The notes under the pieces were generated by a model. It was not told the DNA's origin, searched no databases, and was given only the letters and a program-made list of their open reading frames with translations. A DNA stretch of 64,000 bases. Source: Akkermansia sp. Its GTDB lineage: Bacteria; Verrucomicrobiota; Verrucomicrobiia; Verrucomicrobiales; Akkermansiaceae. Positions 1 through 9,917 of this stretch are shown piece by piece. Each line of letters starts with the position of its first letter. The first letter of the stretch is position 1. The position numbers and the translations under genes were made by a program. Location of the stretch: assembly GCA_045641125.1 (NCBI GenBank), contig JAZUGI010000024.1, forward strand, positions 1,487 through 65,486, given 5' to 3'.

Positions 1-905
1 AACAGGGCCTTGATTTTCTCCGGGCTGTTAAGGTCTACAATGGCATGCAGCTGCTCGTTCTCCTGCTTGAGGGAATCGCGCTCCATGGTAACCTTCTCCA
101 GCTCCAGGCGGGTTTGCTCCAGGGTGGAGTTGAGCTCGGCAACCTTTGTTTCCGCCTCCCGGCGCGCATCGTCCGCCGCGTGGTATTTGGCGGACATTTC
201 GGCGAGCTGGCGGTTGAGGGAATCCACCACCTTGTTGCCGGCGGTGCGCTCTGCCTCAATGCGCTGCTGGAGCTCTGCGTAGCGCTGCTTGTACTGCTTG
301 CTCTCCAGCTCCGCGCCGATGATGCGCTGCTGCAGGGCCCCCGCCTTGTCACTGAGCTCCTTGTAGGCATCCGTAAGGCGGCGAACCTCCTCCTGCGAGC
401 GCGCGAGCTCGGCGCGCAGCCGGCGGTTCTCGGCGCTCTCCCCGTCCGTGCCGCCGGTCGGGCGCGTTTCCGGGGCAACAACGAAGGTGGGGGAGGTGGA
501 AGGATGCTCGCGGTTGGCCCCCGGGTCGCGGCGCGGGGTGGCGGGCTGGTTTTTGGCCTTTTCCTGGTAGTCTGCCAGGTTGCGTGCCAGCGTGGTGCGG
601 CGGTACTGCACAAGGTTGGGCTTCCAGTTCGGGAAATCGCGCACAATGGCGGCCAGCAGGCGCTCGGCGTCGCGTCCCTTGCCCAGGGCACCGCGGTAGT
701 CGCGCTTCTCCGCCAGTTTCTCCGATTCCTGAATGAGCTGGTAGGCTCCCAGATAGTATTCCGCCGGGTCTGCCATGCCGCGGCGTGCGTTGCCCGTGGA
801 GCTGCGCTGGCCGCCGTAGTACAGGCCCTGGGCTGCAAGGGGCTGGCCTGCTGCCAGTGCCAGGCTGCAGATGATGGTGGCCAGTGCGGTGATTCGCGTG
901 CTCAT
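1..905 (-). CDS. secreted coiled-coil protein, N-terminal part (ORF runs off the left edge)
   Basis: ATG at 905-903 gives MSTRITALATIICSLALAAGQPLAAQ, a signal-peptide-like start. It is followed by heptad-like Q/E/R/L-rich sequence that stays open to position 1. It is missing from the ORF track because no stop lies in the window. Confidence 0.55.
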   Translation of the reverse strand, partial: MSTRITALATIICSLALAAGQPLAAQGLYYGGQRSSTGNARRGMADPAEYYLGAYQLIQESEKLAEKRDYRGALGKGRDAERLLAAIVRDFPNWKPNLVQYRRTTLARNLADYQEKAKNQPATPRRDPGANREHPSTSPTFVVAPETRPTGGTDGESAENRRLRAELARSQEEVRRLTDAYKELSDKAGALQQRIIGAELESKQYKQRYAELQQRIEAERTAGNKVVDSLNRQLAEMSAKYHAADDARREAETKVAELNSTLEQTRLELEKVTMERDSLKQENEQLHAIVDLNSPEKIKAL

Positions 906-983
906 TCGTGCGCTCGCGCCTATCTTACAGCAATTGCCGCGCAACGCAAGAAGGAATCGCGTGTGCAGCGGGAGAGTGCACAA

Positions 984-1931
984 TTAGTTGCCGGTAGCCC
1001 CTCCGACGGTATCTCGCCATTTCAACGGAGTCTCCTTGGCGGGCAGCAGGGATTGCACCACGGAGGCCGCCAACACCATCAGCACGCCCAGCCATTGCAG
1101 CACGCTCATCTCGTCGCTGTACACCAGCCAGCCCATGGCCACCGCTACCGTGGGCTCCAAGTATGCGATTGTGCCGTAGCGGATGGCGCTCAGGTGCTTC
1201 ATGGCGTAGGCCGCGCAAATCATCACGACATAGCCTTGGAACACGCCGATGCAAAGGAGATAGGGCCACTGGATGGAGCCATCATGGACCGGGGCGAAGG
1301 GATCCGCCTGCCAGGCGAAAGGCAGGGCCAGCACGAGGAATCCGGCCACAAACTGCCAGAAGGCGCGCTGCATGTTCTTGATATTGGGTGGAATGAGGCG
1401 GTTGAGCAGCAGGTACACGCCGTAGAACACGCCGGAGAGCATGCCGTACAGGTAGTACTTCACCTCCCCGCCGCCGCAGATGCCCGGCGCGCACACCAGC
1501 ACAATGCCGGCCAGTGCGCCCAGCATCAGCAGGCAGTTGCGCAGCGGCGGGCAGCGCCGCGTGATGAGGGCCTCCCCAATGGTGGCGAAGATGGGCCCCG
1601 TGGCCGGCAGCAGTGCCGCTATGCCCACGGATACACCCTGGATGGCCATGAAGTAGAACAGGATGCACAGGCCGATGCCGATGCCGGATATGGCCGCCTG
1701 CGGCGAGAAGCCCTTGTGTTTGGGGCGCAGCAGGTACAGAGGGAGCACCAGGAAGAGGCCAATCCCGAAGCGCAGCAGGGCGCAGGTTTCCGCCGAACAG
1801 TTGGACTCCTTCACAAAGACGCCCAGCACACCCATCAGGGTGCCGGCCACTGCGGCGGATACATATGCTTTGCCGTTCGATTTCACTGCGTTTCCGGGGT
1901 GGATTGTACCACCGCCCGCCGTGTATGACAA
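984..1931 (-). CDS. EamA/DMT-family transporter
   Basis: 315-aa polytopic membrane ORF of about 10 TM segments with a duplicated EamA-like architecture. The long + strand ORF across it is an antisense shadow. Confidence 0.75.
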   Translation of the reverse strand: MSYTAGGGTIHPGNAVKSNGKAYVSAAVAGTLMGVLGVFVKESNCSAETCALLRFGIGLFLVLPLYLLRPKHKGFSPQAAISGIGIGLCILFYFMAIQGVSVGIAALLPATGPIFATIGEALITRRCPPLRNCLLMLGALAGIVLVCAPGICGGGEVKYYLYGMLSGVFYGVYLLLNRLIPPNIKNMQRAFWQFVAGFLVLALPFAWQADPFAPVHDGSIQWPYLLCIGVFQGYVVMICAAYAMKHLSAIRYGTIAYLEPTVAVAMGWLVYSDEMSVLQWLGVLMVLAASVVQSLLPAKETPLKWRDTVGGATGN

Positions 1932-2150
1932 TGCTTTTGTGAACGCTGCGTTTTCCTAAAAAAGCCGCACCCCGCAGGCTCAATGCCGTGCGGGGTGCAA
2001 CCCAACTTACTACCTATGAAACTCAGTCCTCCCTGTCTAGTGGGTCCCGAATGCTCTCTCCTTCATTCGCAACCGGAAGAACCGATGTAGTGAAGACATT
2101 CCCCAGCGGGAAAACGTTCAAAATTTTTTTGCAGGCATTTTCCGCCCGGA

Positions 2151-3554
2151 TTATTTGCCGTCCGCAACGTGCTCCTGCTTCAGGTGTTCTGCGATAACAT
2201 CGGGGTCCACCTCGTCCAGGCGGTTGCCCCACAGGTAGCGGCGCGTCTGGTGGAGCAGCACCGGGGTGAGCACCACTAGGCTGAGGAGATTGGGCAGGGC
2301 CATGAGCGCGTTCGCGCAGTCCGCGAAATTCCACACAATATCGCTCTTGGGGATGATGCTGCCCACAAAGACAGCCACCACCCAAACCATGCGGTACGGC
2401 TTGATCCATTTCACGCCGCCCAGGTACTGCAGGGCGCGTTCTCCGAAATAGGACCACCCCAGCAGCGTGGATACCACGAATGCGGCCAGGCTGATGGTCA
2501 GCAGCCATGAGCCGAGTGCGCCTATGGTGCCGAAGGCGTGGAAGCTCAGCAGCGAACCATCCTCTGCCGCGATTTCCGGATGCGCATAGAGGCAGGTGGT
2601 GATGGTGATGCCGGTGAGCGTGCAGATGACCACCGTGTCCCAGAAGGGGCCGGTGGAGGCCACCAGGGCCTGCTGCACGGCGTTGGGGGTTTGCACGGGG
2701 GCCGCCACAATGGGGGAGGAGCCCATGCCTGCCTCGTTGGAGAAAAGGCCGCGCTGCACGCCTGTGCGCATGGCCAGCATGAGCGTGGAGCCGATAAAGC
2801 CGCCCGTGGCCGCCTGCGGGCTGAACGCGGAATCCACAATCAGGCAGATGGCGGGCCACACCGCATCCGCGTGCGATGCCAGCACCATGACGCAGCCGAT
2901 GACGTAGACGATTGCCATGGTGGGTACGCAGGTTTTGCAGGTGTGAGCCACGCTGCGCAGCCCGCCCAGCAGCACTGCTGCCACCAGCGCGCTCAAGACT
3001 ATGCCGGTGATCCACGGATTCACCTCCAGCGCGGATTCGCGAAGCACGCTGGAAACTGCGTTCGCCTGGGTGAGATTGCCGATGCCGAATGCGGCCACGG
3101 CTGTGAATACCGCAAACACGGTGCCCAGCCACTTGCAGTGCATGCCGTGCTCCAGCACGTACATGGGACCACCCACAATGCGCCCCTGCTCATCGCTGCG
3201 GCGGTAGCAGATGGCCAGCAGGCACTCCGCATAACGGGTGGATATGCCCAGCATGCCCGTGAGCATGCACCAGAACACGGCACCCGGCCCGCCGGTGGAC
3301 ACTGCCACGGCCACGCCGATGATGTTGCCCGTGCCCACGTTCGCCGCCAGGGATACCATCAGCGAGGCAAAGTGGGAGATGTGCCCGTGGCCGGGGCGCT
3401 TGAAATAATAGCTCATGGCACGCAGAAGGTGCCGTTGGGGAAAGCGCAGGATCACCGTCAGGTACAGGTGTGTTCCCAGCAGGCAGAACAGGAGGATATA
3501 CCCCCACAGAAAACTGCTTGATGTACTAAGCGCCTTGTCTACAAAATCCAACAT
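2151..3554 (-). CDS. alanine/glycine:cation symporter (AGCS family)
   Basis: 467 aa. The N-terminus (FLWGYILLFCLLGTHLYLT...RFPQ) and the GTGNIIGVAVAVSTGGPGAVFW motif are typical of sodium:alanine symporters. Confidence 0.85.
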   Translation of the reverse strand: MLDFVDKALSTSSSFLWGYILLFCLLGTHLYLTVILRFPQRHLLRAMSYYFKRPGHGHISHFASLMVSLAANVGTGNIIGVAVAVSTGGPGAVFWCMLTGMLGISTRYAECLLAICYRRSDEQGRIVGGPMYVLEHGMHCKWLGTVFAVFTAVAAFGIGNLTQANAVSSVLRESALEVNPWITGIVLSALVAAVLLGGLRSVAHTCKTCVPTMAIVYVIGCVMVLASHADAVWPAICLIVDSAFSPQAATGGFIGSTLMLAMRTGVQRGLFSNEAGMGSSPIVAAPVQTPNAVQQALVASTGPFWDTVVICTLTGITITTCLYAHPEIAAEDGSLLSFHAFGTIGALGSWLLTISLAAFVVSTLLGWSYFGERALQYLGGVKWIKPYRMVWVVAVFVGSIIPKSDIVWNFADCANALMALPNLLSLVVLTPVLLHQTRRYLWGNRLDEVDPDVIAEHLKQEHVADGK

Positions 3555-3674
3555 GCGCGCGCAGAGTACTCTTCAGCCCCGCCGTTGTCAAGCTCTTTCG
3601 GCACGTTGCGCGCACAAGCATGCGCGCACGCACGCAAGGCGTTGTTCCGGCAAACGGTGCAAAGGCGCCCTGTG

Positions 3675-4292
3675 TCAAATACCGAGCTCCTGGAGGATGA
3701 CTTCGCGGATGCGCTGCTGAACTTCGGGTATGGGGCCGTCCGCCTCGATACGGTGGAGCCAGGGCATCTCCATCTGGGAATAGACGCCGGCCACGGCGGC
3801 CAGGAAATCCTCCCGCTCAAAGGCATCGTGCCCGTTGCCGCGGGCATTCATGCGCTGCAGGGCCGTTTCCACGGGAATGTCCAGCCAGAAGGCGGCATCC
3901 GGAATGGTGGCGAACTCCTCGTTCATCTCGCGCAGGCGCTCCACATTGGCACCGCTGGCGCCCTGGTAGGCCATCATAGACGGGTAGTAGCGGTCCAGCA
4001 GCACCCATTTTCCTGCGGCCAGGGCGGGTTCGATAAAATCACGCACATGTTCGCGGCGGTCCTGCAGCAGGCACTCGATTTCGTCCTCCACGCTCAGGCG
4101 CTCGCCGGAGAGGGCAGCCTCCCGCACCTTCATGCCCCAAGGGCCGCGAGTGGGCTCGAAATCCGTTTCCACTTCCATGCCGCGCGCCCGCAAATAGCGC
4201 GCCAGCAAATCGATTTGAGTGGATTTGCCAGTGCCGTCAATCCCCTCAAAAACAATGAGGGAGCCCCTTAGGTGAGGTGTTTCGGATTCCAT
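3675..4292 (-). CDS. tmk: thymidylate kinase
   Basis: The P-loop LIVFEGIDGTGKST and a DRYYPS(M)MAYQG-type motif. The start is taken at MESETPH; the ORF could extend to 4313. Confidence 0.85.
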   Translation of the reverse strand: MESETPHLRGSLIVFEGIDGTGKSTQIDLLARYLRARGMEVETDFEPTRGPWGMKVREAALSGERLSVEDEIECLLQDRREHVRDFIEPALAAGKWVLLDRYYPSMMAYQGASGANVERLREMNEEFATIPDAAFWLDIPVETALQRMNARGNGHDAFEREDFLAAVAGVYSQMEMPWLHRIEADGPIPEVQQRIREVILQELGI

Positions 4293-4355
4293 AATCAGGG
4301 GGCACCTTACCACATGCGCGCGCGGGCATCAAGCACAATTTCCGGGGCGCGCGGT

Positions 4356-5237
4356 TCAATCTTCCAGGAACATGTCGCGCAGCTGCGCAATATCGTCCTC
4401 GGAAAGGCAGATCTGGTTGAGCAGGTAGTTCTGCATGGAGCCGTATTCATGCTCCACCAGCTGCAGCGCTTTGGCGAAACGCGGGGTGTTCACGCCCACG
4501 AAGGAGAGCAGGGCATCCAGCGCGGCGGCATCGCATCCCTCCTCCCGCAGCTGGGCGGAGAGCTGGTCCAGCAAATCCTTGTAGAAGATGTTGGACATGT
4601 CGAAATCCGCGATAATCAGCTCCGTATCCGCGCCGAGCGCAGCAAGCAGCAGGGCGGAGCCGATACCCGTGCGGTCCTTGCCCTGCGCGCAGTGCCAGAG
4701 CACGGCACCCTCCGTGGTGGAGAGCACGCGGTTGAGGAAGGTGGCGTACTGCAGCTGGGTGAATTCGGAGAACAGGAGCGCCGGGTACATGCCGCGCGCC
4801 ATGGCCTGCCCTTCATGGTGGCGCGCCAGCTCCAGGAAGAGGGCCAGGCTGTCGGGTGCGGCATCCTTGGCGGCGCGCATGCCGCCGCTCTTTTCCGCGG
4901 CACGCGCCAGTGCGCGGCCCACGGTGCCGCTCCACTCGTCCTTGGAGGGGTCCACGGCAGAGAGCAGGATGCTGTCCGTTCCCTCCACGGGGCGGTCCGG
5001 CGAGTGGTCCACTTCTCCCTTGGTGCGGAAATCCACAATATGGCGCAGGTTGTACACATCCCTCAAGCGCGCCAAATCTGCATCCGTGGCCTGGAAGAGG
5101 TTGCCGCTGCGCAGCAGCACGCCGTGGCGTATGCGGCGGCCGTCCGCCATCACATAACCGCCAAGCTCGCGCGCATTGGCCACGCCCTGGAGGCCGATGC
5201 TCTGCTGTTCAAAGGTGATTTTCTGCGGTTCTCCCAT
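4356..5237 (-). CDS. protein-tyrosine phosphatase-like protein (Y_phosphatase3-type)
   Basis: 293 aa with the CX5R active-site loop HCAQGKDRTG. It is a paralogue of the 8512..9405 gene. Confidence 0.7.
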   Translation of the reverse strand: MGEPQKITFEQQSIGLQGVANARELGGYVMADGRRIRHGVLLRSGNLFQATDADLARLRDVYNLRHIVDFRTKGEVDHSPDRPVEGTDSILLSAVDPSKDEWSGTVGRALARAAEKSGGMRAAKDAAPDSLALFLELARHHEGQAMARGMYPALLFSEFTQLQYATFLNRVLSTTEGAVLWHCAQGKDRTGIGSALLLAALGADTELIIADFDMSNIFYKDLLDQLSAQLREEGCDAAALDALLSFVGVNTPRFAKALQLVEHEYGSMQNYLLNQICLSEDDIAQLRDMFLED

Positions 5238-5385
5238 GCGGTGCGGAACGGGTGCGCCCCAGCATACGCCCGCGTGGGCGGAAAGTCAAGGGGAGTCTTC
5301 ATGCGAACGCACATTGCCGCATGAAGCAAGATGAGCTTGACTTCATGTGCGTGGTGGCATAGTATGGTTAAGTTGAGATTGAACT

Positions 5386-5688
5386 ATGAACGTAACCATT
5401 AAACATAACGGAAATGCGTACGACGTGGAGCTTGAAGGGCGTTTGGACACTACCACCGCGCCCAAGTTCCAAGAGGATATCGCTCCTCTCATGCAGGCGG
5501 AGCAAGCCGCTATCACCATGGATTGTGCCAAGCTGGAGTACACCTCCAGCCAGGGGTTGCGCCTCTTCCTCATGCTGCAGAAGAGCGTGATGAAGAACGG
5601 CGGCACCCTTGTGATGAAGAACATGTCCCCCTCCGTGAAGGAGGTGTTCGACATCACCGGCTTCTCCAATATCATCAACATTCAGTAA
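5386..5688 (+). CDS. STAS-domain anti-sigma-factor antagonist (SpoIIAA-like)
   Basis: 100 aa. The EGRLDTTTAP...LEYTSSQGLRLFL pattern carries the conserved phosphorylatable Ser context. Confidence 0.8.
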   Translation: MNVTIKHNGNAYDVELEGRLDTTTAPKFQEDIAPLMQAEQAAITMDCAKLEYTSSQGLRLFLMLQKSVMKNGGTLVMKNMSPSVKEVFDITGFSNIINIQ

Positions 5689-5705
5689 CCGGGAAAACGC
5701 TCGCT

Positions 5706-6827
5706 ATGGAGCTCTCCGATTCCCACGGCCTGGACCTGCATTGCCAGCTCATCCTTGAGGAATATCAAGAGATGCAGCCGGTCTTTGCCCAGATGAAGGA
5801 AATTGTGCTCGCCGAGCTGCACAAGTGTCTCGGCCGCTTCAATATCCTCGTCACCGCCGTGGAGGCCCGTATCAAGGCAGAGGACAGCCTCATCGGCAAG
5901 CTCCAGCTCAAGGGGCACAAGTACCGGACGCTCGACGACATCACCGATATCCTGGGTGCGCGCGTCATTACGTTCTACAGCGACGAGGTGGACAAAATCG
6001 CCGCGCTTGTGGAAGACCTCTTCGAGGTGGACCGCGAGAACTCCGTGGACAAGCGCAAGATGCATGAGCTCAACAGCTTCGGCTATATGTCGCTCCACTA
6101 CATCTGCCGCATTCCGGAGAAACTCCACCACGACCCCGCGCACCCGGAGATCAACCAATACCGTTTTGAGCTGCAAATGCGCACCGCACTGCAGCACGTG
6201 TGGGCCAACATCAACCACGACACCGGCTACAAATCCGGTGTGGAGGTGCCCGTGGAGCACCTGCGCAACCTCACCCGCCTGGCCGGCATGCTGGAGCTGG
6301 CGGACGACGAGTTCAGCCGCATCCGCCGCCAGATTACCGATTACCGCCGCAAGGTGCAAACCCTGGTGAGCAGCGGCAACTTTGACGAGGTGGGGCTCAA
6401 CGGCGACACCTTCCGCAGCTACCTGGCCATCCACCCCTTCGAGCGGCTCACCAACCGCATTGCCGCCATCAATCAGGCGGAGGTGATGCAGGACGCGCCC
6501 ATGCGCTACCTGAACGTGCTGCAGGGGATGGGATTCAAGACGCTGGGAGACGTGGAAAAGATGAAGCACGAATACTCGGAGGCGGCGTACCAGCTTGCGC
6601 TGCACCAGCTGGGCGGCACGGATTTGGATATCATATCCTCCTCCCTGGCCCTGCAAAACCTCTGCATCGCCCATCTCATCCACAAGGGCTACCGCGAGCG
6701 CGCCCTGGAGGATTTCTTCGCGGAGCTCAACGGCCCCGGCCCGTACAACCAAGCGCGCGCCACCCGCATCATGGAGCTGGCGCAGGAGCTCCAATGGATT
6801 CAAAACACTTCCGCCAATGTCCAATAA
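5706..6827 (+). CDS. RelA/SpoT-domain nucleotidyltransferase (small-alarmone-synthetase-like)
   Basis: ATG at 5706. The motifs ARIKAEDSLIGKL...DILGARVITFY...GYMSLHY...FELQMRTALQHVWA match the (p)ppGpp synthetase catalytic core. Confidence 0.75.
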   Translation: MELSDSHGLDLHCQLILEEYQEMQPVFAQMKEIVLAELHKCLGRFNILVTAVEARIKAEDSLIGKLQLKGHKYRTLDDITDILGARVITFYSDEVDKIAALVEDLFEVDRENSVDKRKMHELNSFGYMSLHYICRIPEKLHHDPAHPEINQYRFELQMRTALQHVWANINHDTGYKSGVEVPVEHLRNLTRLAGMLELADDEFSRIRRQITDYRRKVQTLVSSGNFDEVGLNGDTFRSYLAIHPFERLTNRIAAINQAEVMQDAPMRYLNVLQGMGFKTLGDVEKMKHEYSEAAYQLALHQLGGTDLDIISSSLALQNLCIAHLIHKGYRERALEDFFAELNGPGPYNQARATRIMELAQELQWIQNTSANVQ

Positions 6828-8505
6828 ATATACCGATACTTCACTGTTCGACAAGGCGATGATTTTCGCCATCAACGCGCACGCCAACACGGAGCGGCGC
6901 GGCAAGGGTTTCCCCTACATCATCCACTGCATGGAAGCCGTGGAGATTGTGGCCACCATGACCTCCGACCGCGAGATGCTGGCCGCCGCCGCGCTGCACG
7001 ACGTGGTGGAGGACACGCCCACCACGGTGGAGGATATCCGCCGCGAGTTCGGCGACCGCGTGGCGAACCTGGTGGAGGCAGAGAGCGAAAAGCGCGTGGA
7101 AGGCTCCAGCCCGGAGGACACCTGGCACGCCCGCAAGGAGGCCGCCATGCGCCACCTGGCAAACGCCCCGCTGGAGGTCAAGATTGTGGCCATGGGCGAC
7201 AAGCTTTCCAACCTGCGCGGCATTGCGCGCGATTTCTCCAAGGAGGGCAACCACGCCTGGGACAAGTTCCACTGCAAGGACCCGCACGAGCACGCCTGGC
7301 GCTGGCGCGGCCTGCTGAAAGCCTTTTCCGGCCTGGAGAACACCACCGCGTATGTGGAGTTTTCCAAGCTGGTGAACTACGTGTTCAGCCGCATCTCCTC
7401 CGGCTTCTCCTTTGAGGAACAGCCCGGCAATCTCATCATGGTGGAGGGCGTGCTGGATGCAGACGGTGCCCGCCAGCTGCTGGGTGTCATGTCCAAGAAC
7501 CGCGTGTACACCTTGAACTTTGCGCAGGTGCCCAGCGTGAAATTCGCCGCGCTGCGCGCCCTGCTCCATGCGCGCAGGGAGGGCTTCGTCTTCCATATCG
7601 TGGATGCCACCCGCGATGTGCTGCAGCGCTTCGAGACCACCGGCGTGGCCAACACCATCAGCATCCTGGGCGTCTCCCGCCGCATCGACATGTCTGACTA
7701 CAAGGAATCCGGCGACGGCTACACCGCCATCTCCTATTTCAAGAACGATGGGGATTCCATGATGAAGCTGTACTACGATTTCATGTCCTCTTCGGTGGTG
7801 GAGCGAGAGAAGCGCATAGCGCGCTCCGCCTTTGTCATGGGCATCCCCACGCCCATGAGCGGCGACATTGTGCATGACGGACGCCGCCACGGTCTCACCT
7901 TCGAGCGCGTGGCGGACAAGCGGTCCTTCGCCCGCATCATGAGCGAGGAGCCGGAGCGCCTGGAGGAGCTTGCCACCACCTTTGCCGCCATGACCAAAAA
8001 GCTGCACGAAACCCCGTGCGACACCTCCGTATTCCCCAACGTGGCGGAACTGTACCACAAATTCGTGGACGACTGCGACATGCTGGAGGTGGAGGAAAAG
8101 GTGAAGGTGCACTCCTTCATCAACAACATTCCCGCATCCCAAACCTGCGTGCACGGAGACCTGCACATGGGCAACGTCATCACCAACGGCAAGGAGAACC
8201 TCTTTATCGACATGAGCGACTTCGGCTGGGGCAGCCCCTGGTTCGATATCGGCATGCTCTACATCATCACCATGCTCAGCGAGGAGGAGCTCACGAAGAA
8301 ATACTACCACGTGGACAGCAAGCCCATGGCCGAATTCTGGAAGGTTTTCCTGCGCGAATACTTCGGGGCCACCACCCCGGAGCAGGTGGCGGAAATCGAG
8401 GAGAAGGCATCCGCCTTCGCCGCCCTCAAGATGGTGTACTTCACCACCCTGGGCACCTACCACCCCCAAACCAGGCAATTCATAGACAAGTACCTGCTCA
8501 GCTGA
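6817..8505 (+). CDS. three-domain protein: HD (p)ppGpp-hydrolase-like, STAS-like, aminoglycoside-phosphotransferase-like kinase
   Basis: The ATG at 6817 overlaps the upstream stop. The N-terminal part (HCMEAVEIV...LHDVVEDT) is an HD hydrolase motif. The middle has an alpha/beta STAS-like stretch. The C-terminus (VHGDLHMGNVI...IDMSDFGWG) is an APH/choline-kinase catalytic loop. Confidence 0.65.
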   Translation: MSNKYTDTSLFDKAMIFAINAHANTERRGKGFPYIIHCMEAVEIVATMTSDREMLAAAALHDVVEDTPTTVEDIRREFGDRVANLVEAESEKRVEGSSPEDTWHARKEAAMRHLANAPLEVKIVAMGDKLSNLRGIARDFSKEGNHAWDKFHCKDPHEHAWRWRGLLKAFSGLENTTAYVEFSKLVNYVFSRISSGFSFEEQPGNLIMVEGVLDADGARQLLGVMSKNRVYTLNFAQVPSVKFAALRALLHARREGFVFHIVDATRDVLQRFETTGVANTISILGVSRRIDMSDYKESGDGYTAISYFKNDGDSMMKLYYDFMSSSVVEREKRIARSAFVMGIPTPMSGDIVHDGRRHGLTFERVADKRSFARIMSEEPERLEELATTFAAMTKKLHETPCDTSVFPNVAELYHKFVDDCDMLEVEEKVKVHSFINNIPASQTCVHGDLHMGNVITNGKENLFIDMSDFGWGSPWFDIGMLYIITMLSEEELTKKYYHVDSKPMAEFWKVFLREYFGATTPEQVAEIEEKASAFAALKMVYFTTLGTYHPQTRQFIDKYLLS

Positions 8506-8511
8506 CACGCC

Positions 8512-9405
8512 ATGAAACGCACCCTCTCCATCCTTCCGCTCCTGCTTGCCTCCTTGCTTTGCTGCTCCTGCGGCACGGCGCGGCATGAGGTGCCCGCAGA
8601 CTCGCCGCAGCGCGCCGTTGCGCTGCAAGGCGTCATGAACGCGCGCACCCTGGATGGCCTGCGCATGGAGGACGGGCGCACCATCCGCAGCGGCAAGCTT
8701 CTGCGCAGCGGCAACCTTTCCAAGGCTACGGCTGCGGATTTCCGGCAGCTCGGCAAGCTGGCCGCCGTGGTGGATTTCCGCTCCGATGCCGAGCGTGCCA
8801 TGATCCCGGATCTCCTGCCGGCCGGCACGCAGTACCTGCCGCTCCCCTGCGCCGTGCGCCGTATGGACACCATGAAGGAGTTCTTCCTCCTGGTCAACGG
8901 TCCCCAGCCCCCCACCGGGGAGCAGCTCATCCGCTTTGCACGCAAGCCCGCCACCAAGGCCGCAGCGCGTGAAATCGTGTCCGAATTCGCCACCACGCCC
9001 GCCAACCAGGTCGTGTATTCCCGTTTCCTGCACACCCTGCTGGAACCGCATGACGGTGCCGTGCTCTGGCACTGCACCTTCGGCAAGGACCGCACAGGAT
9101 TCGGCTCTGCCCTGGTGCTCGCCGCGCTCGGGGCGGACCGCGCCACCATTGCGGCCGACCACGCGTACAGCCGGCGTGCCCTCCAGGCGCGCCTGGATGG
9201 CCTGCTGCCCAAGATGAGAGCCGCCGGAGCCACGCAGGAGGACCTGGACACCGTCACCGCCATGGTGGGCATCCATCCCTCCAGCCTGCAGCACGCGCTG
9301 GATATCATCGATACCCGCTACGGCGGCATGCAAAACTATCTGCACAACCAATTGCACCTTTCCGAGCAGGAGATTCAAAACCTGCGAAACCTTTATCTTG
9401 AATAA
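8512..9405 (+). CDS. lipoprotein protein-tyrosine phosphatase-like protein
   Basis: Lipobox LLASLLCCSCG and the CX5R loop HCTFGKDRTG. It is a paralogue of 4356..5237. Confidence 0.7.
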   Translation: MKRTLSILPLLLASLLCCSCGTARHEVPADSPQRAVALQGVMNARTLDGLRMEDGRTIRSGKLLRSGNLSKATAADFRQLGKLAAVVDFRSDAERAMIPDLLPAGTQYLPLPCAVRRMDTMKEFFLLVNGPQPPTGEQLIRFARKPATKAAAREIVSEFATTPANQVVYSRFLHTLLEPHDGAVLWHCTFGKDRTGFGSALVLAALGADRATIAADHAYSRRALQARLDGLLPKMRAAGATQEDLDTVTAMVGIHPSSLQHALDIIDTRYGGMQNYLHNQLHLSEQEIQNLRNLYLE

Positions 9406-9408
9406 ATC

Positions 9409-9813
9409 ATGTACAAGAGATTCGATCCAATCGACGGACTTACCGCCAACATCATCGAGGCCGTGATGAGTTCAGAAGACATGCCCAAGGATGAGGGGCT
9501 GCTCTTCAAGCTCCGGCTTGCCGTGGAGGAAGCCGTGGAGAACATCGTCAACTACGCCTATTCCGACGGAGCGGGATACCTGGAGGCGGAAACCTCCGTG
9601 AAGGACGGCGTGCTCAGCATTGTGCTCCAGGATGCCGGCGTGCCTTTCAACCCCCTGGAGAAGGAAGACCCGGATATCACACTCTCCGCGGAGGACCGCC
9701 CCATCGGCGGGCTCGGCATCTTCCTCTGCAAGCAGCTCATGGATTCCGTGGAGTACGAATTCTCCAACGGCTGCAACAAGCTCACCATCCGCAAGCGCAT
9801 TGCGCAGCCCTGA
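9409..9813 (+). CDS. anti-sigma regulatory factor / Ser-protein kinase (RsbW/SpoIIAB-like HATPase)
   Basis: 134 aa. The motifs EEAVENIVNYAY...DAGVPFNP...GGLGIFL are the N, G1 and G2 boxes of GHKL partner-switching kinases. Confidence 0.7.
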   Translation: MYKRFDPIDGLTANIIEAVMSSEDMPKDEGLLFKLRLAVEEAVENIVNYAYSDGAGYLEAETSVKDGVLSIVLQDAGVPFNPLEKEDPDITLSAEDRPIGGLGIFLCKQLMDSVEYEFSNGCNKLTIRKRIAQP

Positions 9814-9917
9814 ATTACGGGGGCTTTCTGCCCCCGCACCCGCCCCGCACACCGCTTTTTTTGCAGCGAAAACAAATATAGGCTTGCAAATTAGGCGGTG
9901 GCGTTATAGTCTGAGCC

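Noticed and set aside
45-1928. A 627-aa plus-strand ORF. Similar very long ORFs occur at 6841-9378 (-), 11389-13953 (+), 9891-11330 (-), 16892-18598 (+), 20309-22681 (+) and 24505-26451 (+).
   Set aside because: They are antisense or out-of-frame shadows typical of GC-rich DNA. Their translations are Ala/Gly/Arg/His-rich low-complexity sequence. Each overlaps a gene on the other strand or frame that has clear family motifs.
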